Source: a secondary endosymbiont of Trabutina mannipara (GTDB taxonomy: Bacteria > Pseudomonadota > Gammaproteobacteria > Enterobacterales > Enterobacteriaceae). Taken from it: a stretch of DNA of 32,000 nt. Below are positions 22,430-30,342 of this stretch, in pieces; position 1 is the first letter of the stretch; each line of letters starts with the position of its first letter. Under the pieces are notes generated by a model. The model did no database searches and was not told the origin of the DNA. It saw nothing but the letters and a program-made list of their open reading frames with translations. The DNA is taken from NCBI RefSeq assembly GCF_900090215.1, contig NZ_LT594522.1, positions 60,001 through 92,000 on the forward strand, read 5' to 3'. The position numbers and the translations under genes were made by a program.

Positions 22430-23130
22430 TTAATTTAAGTTTTTAATTTTGCTGTTGCAAGCTAGCTGAATATAAGGATTAGGGTTACCCTGAATCGCTG
22501 CAATACGCTTATTGCGCTTGCATTCCCACTCTGTTACTGGATAAGTATGATTCCAAAGTTCAAATAACTTAGTTTGTGCTCGTGAAAGACGTAGTTTATA
22601 ATGATCCCGCATATAAAAATAAGTTCTTGCGATAACACCGCGGACTCTAGTAGGAGGGTCTATTTGCTTGTTTTTGAAATCAATTTTCATTTGGCAACGT
22701 CCGTATTGGCTTTTTCCACTGTACCATTGACTATACTGATAGTTTCCGCGATCTTTGTTAACTTCACCAATTACGGGCTGAAGGTTATGCAGGTCGTTTT
22801 CTATTTTTCGGTAAGCAAAATCTTTAGCGCAATTTTTGCGACCACCTTTTTTCCAGCATTGACGCTGATGTCCAAATTCCCATGCTGGCATAACATGTTC
22901 CCATTCAATACGTTTAGCTAGTAGCTTACTTTTACGCACTTGATAACCGCAGGTTGATAGATCTGGAGTACCTTTTTTTCCATACCAGGTAATAGGACAA
23001 CCACAATAAAAGGTACCAGGAGCGTCGCGGTTAATTTTTAATGCTACTGATTTTGCTTGATTAAAATTTTCTATATTATAGACCTTATCCGTGGTGTAAA
23101 AAAAATAAATAACAAGGCTGCAGATAGCAT
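22430..23130 (-). pseudogene. endA: endonuclease I (EndA) with a 1-nt frameshift in a T8 run near the 5' end; either a pseudogene or dependent on slippage
   Basis: The track ORF (22430-22939) carries [31 protein letters not shown]...ARTYFYMRD...YPVTEWEC. The same frame stays open upstream to 23158 and encodes [46 protein letters not shown], the conserved EndA N-terminal part, without any ATG/GTG/TTG. ATG 23130 lies in another frame and gives [11 protein letters not shown] up to the run at 23098-23105. Confidence 0.75.
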
Positions 23131-23328
23131 AATTATTTTTAAAAGTATTCCAGATATTTTATTAGCTATTTTCAATTATGATCCCAATTAACGTATCAGC
23201 TATCATCGCAAATACATAAAGTATAAGGTAAATATTTGCAACAGTATAAGAAGCGATCCATATCCAGTACAAATAACATGAAGCTATAAAAAATAAAAAA
23301 TTAAATTTTTTTATAAAAGTTATGCATA

Positions 23329-23931
23329 TTACAACTTATTCAAGTTTTTATACAAATATGCAGAAACACCTTCAGGTGAAGGTATCATTCCTTCTTGGCC
23401 TTTTTTCCACTGTGCCGGACATACTTGGCCGTGTTCTGCATTGAAATGCAGGGCGTCAACCATCCGTATCATTTCGTCAATATTGCGACCTAGCGGTAGG
23501 TCATTTACGACCTGATGACGGATAATACCGTTTTTATCGATTAAAAAAGAACCCCGCAACGCTATACCAATATCAGGATGTTCAATATTATAAGATTTGA
23601 TAATTTCTCTTTTTATGTCTGCAACCATCGGATACTGGACTGGTCCAATGCCTCCTTTATCGATAGAAAGTTTACGCCAAGCGTTGTGTACAAACTCAGA
23701 GTCAAAAGAAACGCCTATAATTTCTACTTCTCGCTTCTTGAAATCTACGTAGCGTTTATCAAACGCAATTAATTCAGATGGGCATACGAATGTAAAATCC
23801 ATCGGCCAAAAGAAAAGAACCGCAGTTTTACCTTTTATTTGAGATTTTAAATTAAAATTGGTAACTATTTTACCATTACCAAGTACAGCAGATGCTGTAA
23901 AATCTGGAGCTTGACGAGTAACTAATATCAT
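23329..23931 (-). CDS. ahpC: typical 2-Cys peroxiredoxin (AhpC/TSA family)
   Basis: 200 aa. The peroxidatic Cys is in WPMDFTFVCPSE and the resolving Cys in HGQVCPAQW. VSFDSEFVHNAW is also present. Confidence 0.9.
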   Translation of the reverse strand: MILVTRQAPDFTASAVLGNGKIVTNFNLKSQIKGKTAVLFFWPMDFTFVCPSELIAFDKRYVDFKKREVEIIGVSFDSEFVHNAWRKLSIDKGGIGPVQYPMVADIKREIIKSYNIEHPDIGIALRGSFLIDKNGIIRHQVVNDLPLGRNIDEMIRMVDALHFNAEHGQVCPAQWKKGQEGMIPSPEGVSAYLYKNLNKL

Positions 23932-24277
23932 TTTTTATCCTAATTAAGCTATTTTAATAGCATTTACATTTATTATAACTACATTTTATAAAAAATAAAG
24001 TAAAATACCTCATATTATGTTAGTGTCTTCATTACTTCATTAGAAGATATTCATATGATTGCTATCATCAATTGTCCTATGGTAGGAAATACAGACCTCA
24101 GTTATGGTTATTGGTGCTTTTTTACTTGTAAATATTTGTAACAGCAGCTATTTTTTTATGTTTAATATTTTTTATCATTATCGTTAGTTTAATTTGTTGC
24201 AGTTAAAAATTAAAATAAAACATAACAACTGCCTAAAATAGAGGATAATATTAGAATATTTATTCTGGTAACTAAAT

Positions 24278-24748
24278 ATGAAAATTATTGAAGGTATTAT
24301 TACAGCCCCTAATGCACGTATCGCCATCGCAATTGCACGATTTAACCATTTCATAAATGAAAGCCTACTTTTGGGGGCTGTAGATGCATTAAAAAGAATT
24401 GGCCAGGTTCATAATGACAATATTACTGTTATTTGGGTGCCAGGAGCATACGAACTGCCATTAGCAGTTAGCGCCCTGTCTGTAAAAAAATATGACGCTA
24501 TTATAGCATTAGGTACAGTTATCCGTGGTTGTACAAATCATTTTGAATTCATTGCAAGCGAATGTAGCTCTGGTATAGCAGCTGTTGCTGCACGTACTAC
24601 TATACCAGTATCATTTGGAGTACTAACTACTGATAGTATTGAGCAGGCTATTGAGCGTGCAGGCACTAAAGCTGGCAATAAGGGCGCAGAAGCAGCAATC
24701 ACTGCGCTTGAAATGATTAACGTATTGCAAGCTATTAAAGCGCAATAA
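24278..24748 (+). CDS. ribH: 6,7-dimethyl-8-ribityllumazine synthase
   Basis: 156 aa, collinear with E. coli RibE/RibH ([72 protein letters not shown]). Confidence 0.95.
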   Translation: MKIIEGIITAPNARIAIAIARFNHFINESLLLGAVDALKRIGQVHNDNITVIWVPGAYELPLAVSALSVKKYDAIIALGTVIRGCTNHFEFIASECSSGIAAVAARTTIPVSFGVLTTDSIEQAIERAGTKAGNKGAEAAITALEMINVLQAIKAQ

Positions 24749-24761
24749 AAAGGTCATTTTA

Positions 24762-25181
24762 ATGAAATCAACATTTCGTCGCCGTGCTCGAGAATGTGCT
24801 GTACAGGCGCTTTATTCTTGGCAAGTATCGCATAACAGTATTTTAGATATTGAAAAACAATTTTTAACTGAGTGGAATACCTCATATAGAGGGATTGCAT
24901 ATTTTAGAAAAATATATGCTGGTACGGCAACGAATGCCAAAGAGATAGATAATATTATGGCTCCCTATCTTTTACGTAATTTGAAAGAAATCAGCAACAT
25001 CGAGCGTGCTGTATTAAGAATTGCAATATTTGAATTAATTAAATGTCAAGATGTACCGTATAGGGTAGCTATTAATGAAGCTATCGAGCTAGCTAAAACT
25101 TTCGGTGCAGAAAATAGTCATAAGTTTATTAATGGTGTACTTGACAAAGTTGCTCCTAAAATTCGTCTAAATAAAAATTAA
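24762..25181 (+). CDS. nusB: transcription antitermination factor NusB
   Basis: 139 aa. [18 protein letters not shown] and [11 protein letters not shown]...[11 protein letters not shown] are collinear with E. coli NusB. It lies directly downstream of ribH, as in E. coli. Confidence 0.93.
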   Translation: MKSTFRRRARECAVQALYSWQVSHNSILDIEKQFLTEWNTSYRGIAYFRKIYAGTATNAKEIDNIMAPYLLRNLKEISNIERAVLRIAIFELIKCQDVPYRVAINEAIELAKTFGAENSHKFINGVLDKVAPKIRLNKN

Positions 25182-25333
25182 TATTTTCAGAAAAAATAAA
25201 TATGATATGTAGTTTCTAATACATACACCTATAACTTATTATAAGTATATATGTTTGTTGTTAATCGTAAAATTAAAATTTATAGCAAGCTACTATTTTT
25301 AGATACTCTATCTATTGTAGAAAGCGGTGGTTT

Positions 25334-26818
25334 ATGAAGTTTATTATTAAAATATTTCCTGAAATAATGATAAAAAGTAAATCTGTGAGGTTGCTTTTTA
25401 TAAAAATACTTACAGGGAATATCCGCAATATTCTTAAAAATTACTATGAATCTGTAGCGGTAGTTCGTTATTGGGATCGTATAAAAGTATGCATAAAAGA
25501 TGAAAAACGCAGCACACAGTTTACTAGTGTATTGACTAGTATTCCAGGTATTCATCACGTTGAAATTGTAGAAGAAAGCACTTGGAAAGATATGCATGAT
25601 ATTTATTTACAAACTTTGATAAGGTATCGTAATCTACTTATTGGTAAAAGCTTTTGCGTGCGTGTTAAACGGCGAGGTACTCAATATTTTACATCTCAGG
25701 ATGTAGAACGCTACATCGGCAGTGGTTTAAGTAAAAATATTAATAACACTGAAGTTAACTTAAAAAAACCAGATAAAAAGATACTACTGGAAATCGATAA
25801 CAATCGACTCATTTTTATATATGAACGTTTTGAAGGAATCGGAGGTTTTCCTATAGGAACTCAAGAAAATGTGCTATCGCTTATTTCTGGAGGATTCGAT
25901 TCTGCTGTTTCAAGCTATATGATGATGCGCCGTGGTTGCAGGGTAAATTATTGCTTTTTTAATATTGGAGGAAATACGCATGAAATAGGCGTACGTCAAG
26001 CAGCTTATCATTTATGGTATCGTTTCGGATTTTCACATGAAGTACGCTTCATATCTATAGATTTTGCACCGATATTGAATGAAATTCTGATGAAGGTAAA
26101 TTGTACCCAAATGGGTATAGTGCTAAAACGTATGATGGTACGCACAGCATCAACTATCGCGGAACGATACGGTATTCAAGCACTGGTAATGGGAGAATCT
26201 CTGGGACAGGTTTCTAGCCAAACTCTAACTAACATGCGCTTGATAGATAATGTTTCTAATATTCTTATATTACGTCCTTTAATATCTCATGATAAAGAAC
26301 ATATTATAAAAATAGCGAGACATATTGGTACTGAAGAATATGCTAAAAAAATGCCTGAATATTGTGGTGTTTTTTCTAAAAATCCAACAGTGCGGGCTGT
26401 AAAAAAATATATAGAACAAGAAGAAGATAAATTTAATTTAGAAATACTGAATACTGCGTTAACTAAGGCGCAGGTGCTAAATATCAGAGATATACTTGAT
26501 AATAAGAACACTGTACCCAATTTCAAAGAAATTGAAACTATCGCTGAATTAGGTAAAGAAGATATTGTGTTGGATATTCGTTTATTGGATGAACAAGAAG
26601 TAAGCCCATTGACTCTAAATAATATTGAGGTACATAAAATACCGTTCTATAAACTACACAGTCAATTTTGTAAACTAGATCAGAGTAAATCATACTTACT
26701 CTATTGTAGTAGTGGATTTATGAGTCGTCTTCAAGCAATTTATTTATATGAGCAAGGTTTTCATAACGTTAAAATTTATTGTCCAATCAATAAAAAAAAT
26801 AAAAAAAAACTACTTTAA
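25334..26818 (+). CDS. thiI: tRNA 4-thiouridine synthase / thiazole sulfur carrier ThiI
   Basis: 494 aa, collinear with E. coli ThiI from [28 protein letters not shown]. It has the PP-loop SLISGGFDS and the rhodanese Cys ([14 protein letters not shown]). A Lys-rich tail [10 protein letters not shown] extends beyond the E. coli end. Confidence 0.95.
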   Translation: MKFIIKIFPEIMIKSKSVRLLFIKILTGNIRNILKNYYESVAVVRYWDRIKVCIKDEKRSTQFTSVLTSIPGIHHVEIVEESTWKDMHDIYLQTLIRYRNLLIGKSFCVRVKRRGTQYFTSQDVERYIGSGLSKNINNTEVNLKKPDKKILLEIDNNRLIFIYERFEGIGGFPIGTQENVLSLISGGFDSAVSSYMMMRRGCRVNYCFFNIGGNTHEIGVRQAAYHLWYRFGFSHEVRFISIDFAPILNEILMKVNCTQMGIVLKRMMVRTASTIAERYGIQALVMGESLGQVSSQTLTNMRLIDNVSNILILRPLISHDKEHIIKIARHIGTEEYAKKMPEYCGVFSKNPTVRAVKKYIEQEEDKFNLEILNTALTKAQVLNIRDILDNKNTVPNFKEIETIAELGKEDIVLDIRLLDEQEVSPLTLNNIEVHKIPFYKLHSQFCKLDQSKSYLLYCSSGFMSRLQAIYLYEQGFHNVKIYCPINKKNKKKLL

Positions 26819-26833
26819 AAAAAACTACTTTAA
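26804..26833. repeat. perfect 15-bp tandem duplication (AAAAAACTACTTTAA x2) spanning the thiI stop codon
   Basis: 26804-26818 is identical to 26819-26833. Copy 1 holds the last thiI codons plus TAA. Confidence 0.9.
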
Positions 26834-26900
26834 TAGAAAGTAATAGCATTTTTTATATGTTAATTAAATATTTAATTAACAAATATTTGTAGCTAAATTG

Positions 26901-26936
26901 AAATGCGGTACTTCTTCAAATGCGGTACTTCTTCAA
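26901..26936. repeat. perfect 17-bp tandem duplication (AAATGCGGTACTTCTTC x2, plus 2 nt)
   Basis: 26901-26917 is identical to 26918-26934. It lies in the thiI-aroQ spacer. Confidence 0.9.
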
Positions 26937-27182
26937 GTAAAGGTATTGTTATCAATAAATTTTACCTTCTACGCTGTAATAAAATAAAGAAAGTAATCAC
27001 AAATAATTTTTTTTAAAAATGCTGCTAATGCTTTTATTTCAATTTTATTGAATTTAAAGCACATACGCTTGTTAAAATTAGTAAAGATAAACTCTTTATA
27101 GAGATCTAGTAGAAATCATTTGCGTTAATTTGTTACATTTTTGAAAAAAATTATATGATACAAACAGATATTAAGAGGTAAT

Positions 27183-27659
27183 ATGAAGGAAGATCAATGC
27201 ATAATAACAAATAAGTTCCATATTCTTTTTCTCAATGGGCCGAACCTAAATTTACTTGGTATTCGAGAGCCAAATAAGTATGGTAATATCAATATTACTG
27301 ATATAATCTCTGATTTAAGTACTTTAGCTAGCAGTTTAGGGGCAGAAATAAGCCATTTTCAGTCTAATGCGGAGCATGCAATAATTGACTACATCCATCA
27401 TGCTAGAGGTAATACTGATTTTATCGTAATAAACCCTGCAGCATTTACCCATACTAGCATCGCTATACGAGATGCGTTGTTAGCAGTAAATATCCCATTT
27501 ATTGAGATTCATCTCTCAAATGTGCATGCACGGGAACCTTTTCGTTATCATTCTTATTTTTCAGATATTGCTGTTGGCGTAATATGCGGACTCGGCGCTG
27601 ATGGTTATCATTTTGCTTTACAGACAGCAATCAAGCGTTTGTCTACAACATCAAATTAA
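27183..27659 (+). CDS. aroQ: 3-dehydroquinate dehydratase, type II
   Basis: 158 aa. It has [50 protein letters not shown] and [26 protein letters not shown] Shine-Dalgarno upstream. Confidence 0.93.
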   Translation: MKEDQCIITNKFHILFLNGPNLNLLGIREPNKYGNINITDIISDLSTLASSLGAEISHFQSNAEHAIIDYIHHARGNTDFIVINPAAFTHTSIAIRDALLAVNIPFIEIHLSNVHAREPFRYHSYFSDIAVGVICGLGADGYHFALQTAIKRLSTTSN

Positions 27660-27790
27660 TATGCCAAATAGTCTGCGTACAATGCTTGCATATTGTCTGG
27701 GTAACATATTTTACGTAACGTGATGGCTAACCTAAAAAATTAGTTGAATAAGCACCGATGCTGCCTATTGTCTTGAATATTAAAAAAACT

Positions 27791-27814
27791 TTCTGCCCAG
27801 TGTACTGGGCAGAA
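27791..27814 (-). terminator. GC-rich perfect hairpin with a T7 tract on the minus strand (orphan or bidirectional terminator candidate)
   Basis: TTCTGCCCAG (27791-27800) pairs with CTGGGCAGAA (27805-27814). On the minus strand the stem is followed by AGTTTTTTTAATATT, and on the plus strand by TATATT. It lies 132 nt past the aroQ stop. No minus-strand gene is visible upstream of it. Confidence 0.4.
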
Positions 27815-28075
27815 TATATTACCAAAACTAAAATATCCTGGATGGTAATCCTTGTATACTTTATATTAATTTTTTAAAATTAGCAATTGTATGAAAAACA
27901 AACTTACATAGCTTATTAATTTAATTTTTTACTATAAAATAAGCTATTACTACTAAATAAAATTAATCATTAAAACCTTTTTTTGATCTTGTATAAGAAG
28001 GCACAAGTAAATTACTGCAAAAATAGCTATTTATGATGTTTTGAAGTTAATTTTCGCGTACTACTACCGGTACTA

Positions 28076-28107
28076 CTTACATAGTTAAAGTCTTACATAG
28101 TTAAAGT
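28076..28107. repeat. perfect 16-bp tandem duplication (CTTACATAGTTAAAGT x2)
   Basis: 28076-28091 is identical to 28092-28107. It lies within the aroQ-rpsF gene desert. Confidence 0.9.
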
Positions 28108-28386
28108 ACTAACTATAATACAAAAAAATTTGTTTCTGTAAAAAAGCATTAAGGAAATATTTATTTCAACTAAATATTCAAGTTGAAAATTACATTTATG
28201 AAAGATTGTTAGCAGAGTTAAAACAGCCTATCCCAAGAGGGAATGCAATATAATCTAAAAAACGTACATCTATAATGGGGATTAAAGCGTAAAAAATTTA
28301 CAGTATGAACTGATAAATTATTGTAATAATTGTTCTTAAAATATCTCTTTCATTAGAAAAATTAATGAAAACAACCCTAATTTTTC

Positions 28387-28415
28387 TTGTATTTAGTCGT
28401 CAGTATAAGTACAAT
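28387..28415 (+). promoter_or_regulatory. candidate sigma70 promoter for rpsF-rpsR-rplI
   Basis: TTGTAT (28387-28392), a 17-bp spacer, then TACAAT (28410-28415), about 108 nt upstream of the rpsF ATG. This is a motif match only. Confidence 0.3.
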
Positions 28416-28523
28416 TTGCGCTTATTTTAATTTTTAGATTGCTAAATTTTTATTACTTTTTCTATGATTTTATTTTTGCAATGATGATAGGAAACTAAAT
28501 AATAATCCGTAAGGAGCAATTTT

Positions 28524-28916
28524 ATGCGTCATTACGAAGTAATTTTTATGATTCATCCTGACCATAGTGAACAGGTTGCCAATATGATAGAACGCTATAG
28601 CTCTATTATTACAAGTGCTGAAGGCCATATCCATCGTATAGAAGACTGGGGACGCCGTCAGTTAGCTTACCCTATTAATAAACTACATAAAGCCTACTAT
28701 GTTCTTTTAAATGTAGAAGCGCCGCAGAAAGTAATTGATAAACTAGAAACAGCTTTTAACTTTAATGACGTAGTTATACGTAGTATAATTATGCGTGTTA
28801 AGCAACCGGTAACTGAAGTATCTCCGATGTTTAAAGCTAAAGATGAATACCGCGATCGTAGTGAAAATTTAAATTCTGAATCTAATGAAAACTCTGATAC
28901 TTTAGATTATGAATAG
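28524..28916 (+). CDS. rpsF: 30S ribosomal protein S6
   Basis: [18 protein letters not shown]...[26 protein letters not shown] is collinear with E. coli S6. It has an acidic C-terminal tail. AAGGAG lies 8 nt upstream. Confidence 0.95.
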   Translation: MRHYEVIFMIHPDHSEQVANMIERYSSIITSAEGHIHRIEDWGRRQLAYPINKLHKAYYVLLNVEAPQKVIDKLETAFNFNDVVIRSIIMRVKQPVTEVSPMFKAKDEYRDRSENLNSESNENSDTLDYE

Positions 28917-28926
28917 TGATATATTT

Positions 28927-29133
28927 ATGATAAATGTGAACATTTTAATGCTCTATTAGCACCGTTCTTAGAAGCAGGAATCTGGATTTTTTAAAGCATG
29001 GTTGCAGAATGCCAGTAGAGTCGCTAGTGGAAAAACATACATTAGATATATACATTAGATATTATTCACAGTAGCGCTTGGATTCATCAATTCATCAGTT
29101 GCTATCAATGAATTAAGAAAATCAGCAAAATAG
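28927..29133 (+). pseudogene. priB: eroded priB remnant (primosomal replication protein N)
   Basis: A single frame starting from ATG 28927 reads MINVNILMLY*HRS*KQESGFFKAWLQNASRVASGKTYIRYIH*ILFTVALGFINSSVAINELRKSAK*. E. coli PriB has MTNRLVLSG...[26 protein letters not shown]...ITVQGFISCHKAKNGLSK. There are at least 3 in-frame stops and internal deletions. It occupies the E. coli priB slot between rpsF and rpsR. Confidence 0.7.
29037..29062. repeat. perfect 13-bp tandem duplication (ATACATTAGATAT x2) inside the priB remnant
   Basis: 29037-29049 is identical to 29050-29062. The second copy supplies the TAG at 29056. Confidence 0.9.
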
Positions 29134-29182
29134 TATTTATTACATGAGCATATTGATTTAATAAATTATGGAGAATAGCTAT

Positions 29183-29413
29183 ATGACACGTTATTTACGT
29201 AGACGTAAGTTCTGCCGTTTTACAGCTGAGGAAATTGTTGAGATAGATTACAAAGACATATCTATGCTGAAAAATTATATTACCGAAAATGGTAAAATAG
29301 TTCCTAGCAGAATAACCGGAACTAGCGCTAAATATCAACGTCAGCTAGCTCGTGCGATAAAGCGTGCGCGCTATCTTTCTCTATTGCCGTATACTGATTG
29401 TCATAAGTTTTAG
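29183..29413 (+). CDS. rpsR: 30S ribosomal protein S18
   Basis: The track ORF starts at 29168. E. coli S18 ([17 protein letters not shown]) aligns with [17 protein letters not shown] at ATG 29183, with GGAGA 8 nt upstream. The remainder is near-identical ([34 protein letters not shown]). Confidence 0.95.
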   Translation: MTRYLRRRKFCRFTAEEIVEIDYKDISMLKNYITENGKIVPSRITGTSAKYQRQLARAIKRARYLSLLPYTDCHKF

Positions 29414-29430
29414 TTAGAGAGAATAAATCA

Positions 29431-29880
29431 ATGCAAGTTATTCTTATGGTTAAAGTAACTAATCTGGGTGGGGTAGGTGAACAAGTTAAAGTTAAAACAG
29501 GTTACGCTCGTAACTATCTATTTCCGAAGGGAAAAGCAGTACCAGCAACAAAAAAGAACTTAGAATCATTTGATGCCCGCCGTACTGAATTAGAAGCTAA
29601 AATGAAGTTTATTCTAGCTGCAAATGAAGAGCGTATTGTAAAGATAAAAAAACTTAATAGTATTACCATACTCGCTAAAGTAGGTAATAAAGGTAAATTG
29701 TTTGGTTCTATTGGTACTCGCGATATCGCTACTGCGATTAGCAATGCAGGTATTAAAATAGCTAAAAACGATGTACGTTTGCCTAACGGTGTTCTACGCT
29801 ACGTTGGCAGACACGAGGTCATTATACATATCGGTGAAATTTTTACCAAATTTAATGTAGTTCTTGTTCCAGAAGCTTAA
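29431..29880 (+). CDS. rplI: 50S ribosomal protein L9
   Basis: 149 aa. MQVIL...V.NLG..GEQV.VK.GYARNYL.P.GKAV.ATKKN is collinear with E. coli L9. Confidence 0.95.
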   Translation: MQVILMVKVTNLGGVGEQVKVKTGYARNYLFPKGKAVPATKKNLESFDARRTELEAKMKFILAANEERIVKIKKLNSITILAKVGNKGKLFGSIGTRDIATAISNAGIKIAKNDVRLPNGVLRYVGRHEVIIHIGEIFTKFNVVLVPEA

Positions 29881-29888
29881 ATAAACAA

Positions 29889-29965
29889 TGGTCGGCGAGA
29901 GAGGATTCGAACCTCTGACCTACTGATCCCAAACCAGTTGCGCTACCAAGCTGCGCTACTCGCCG
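29889..29965 (-). tRNA. proM: tRNA-Pro (anticodon UGG), CCA encoded
   Basis: The reverse complement CGGCGAGTAGCGCAGCTTGGTAGCGCAACTGGTTTGGGATCAGTAGGTCAGAGGTTCGAATCCTCTCTCGCCGACCA is near-identical to E. coli proM. Confidence 0.95.
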
Positions 29966-29977
29966 AGGCATAGTGTG

Positions 29978-30061
29978 TGCGAAGAGAGGGATTTGAACCC
30001 TCATGTCTTATAAGACACTAACACCTGAAGTTAGTGCGTCTACCAATTTCGCCATCTTCGC
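29978..30061 (-). tRNA. leuT: tRNA-Leu (anticodon CAG), CCA not encoded
   Basis: The reverse complement is GCGAAGATGGCGAAATTGGTAGACGCACTAACTTCAGGTGTTAGTGTCTTATAAGACATGAGGGTTCAAATCCCTCTCTTCGCA. It has a long variable arm and the anticodon loop TTCAGGT. The 3' flank is CAC. Confidence 0.93.
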
Positions 30062-30067
30062 ATACTG

Positions 30068-30141
30068 GGTGACTGATGGGACTTGAACCCACGACAACTG
30101 GAATCACAATCCAGGGCTCTACCAACTGAGCTACAGTCACC
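30068..30141 (-). tRNA. hisR: tRNA-His (anticodon GUG) with encoded G-1, CCA not encoded
   Basis: The reverse complement is GGTGACTGTAGCTCAGTTGGTAGAGCCCTGGATTGTGATTCCAGTTGTCGTGGGTTCAAGTCCCATCAGTCACC. G-1 pairs with C73. The 3' flank is CAG. Confidence 0.93.
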
Positions 30142-30149
30142 CCTAAGGG

Positions 30150-30223
<74 letters not shown>

Positions 30224-30232
30224 ATCCCATTA

Positions 30233-30261
30233 ATAATACGTATTTAAGCGCTGACTGTCTA
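30233..30261 (-). promoter_or_regulatory. candidate sigma70 promoter of the four-tRNA operon
   Basis: On the minus strand: TAGACA (30261-30256), a 17-bp spacer, then TATTAT (30238-30233). The mature tRNA-Arg 5' end lies 10 nt downstream. The architecture and -10 hexamer match the tRNA-Asn candidate promoter. Confidence 0.35.
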
Positions 30262-30342
30262 GTATTTTTTGGTAAGTTAATAAAATTATCAGCTCATACT
30301 GAAAGCAAGTGGCTGCTAGCTTCTTCTCTTCTTAAAGAAAGA

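Noticed and set aside
26859-26880. A 22-bp perfect palindrome GTTAATTAAATATTTAATTAAC downstream of thiI.
   Set aside because: It is almost entirely A/T, so a hairpin would be very weak. No T-tract follows. It is probably a compositional accident or a replication-slippage product, and I cannot support it as a terminator or operator.
27661-27876. Small ORFs in the gene desert: MPNSLRTMLAYCLGNIFYVT (27661-27723, starting 1 nt after the aroQ stop) and a 39-aa ORF, MLPIVLNIKKTFCPVYWAEYITKTKISWMVILVYFILIF (27757-27876), with a hydrophobic tail.
   Set aside because: Neither has a Shine-Dalgarno sequence or any recognisable homology. The second ORF reads straight through the palindromic hairpin, so its central residues are dictated by the inverted repeat. 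Both are too short to distinguish from chance.
28476-28499. A possible accB relic, ...FIFAMMIGN*, resembling the biotinylation motif EAMKMMN just upstream of rpsF.
   Set aside because: The match is only 3-4 residues in AT-rich sequence, the flanks show no collinear similarity, and there is no room for accC.
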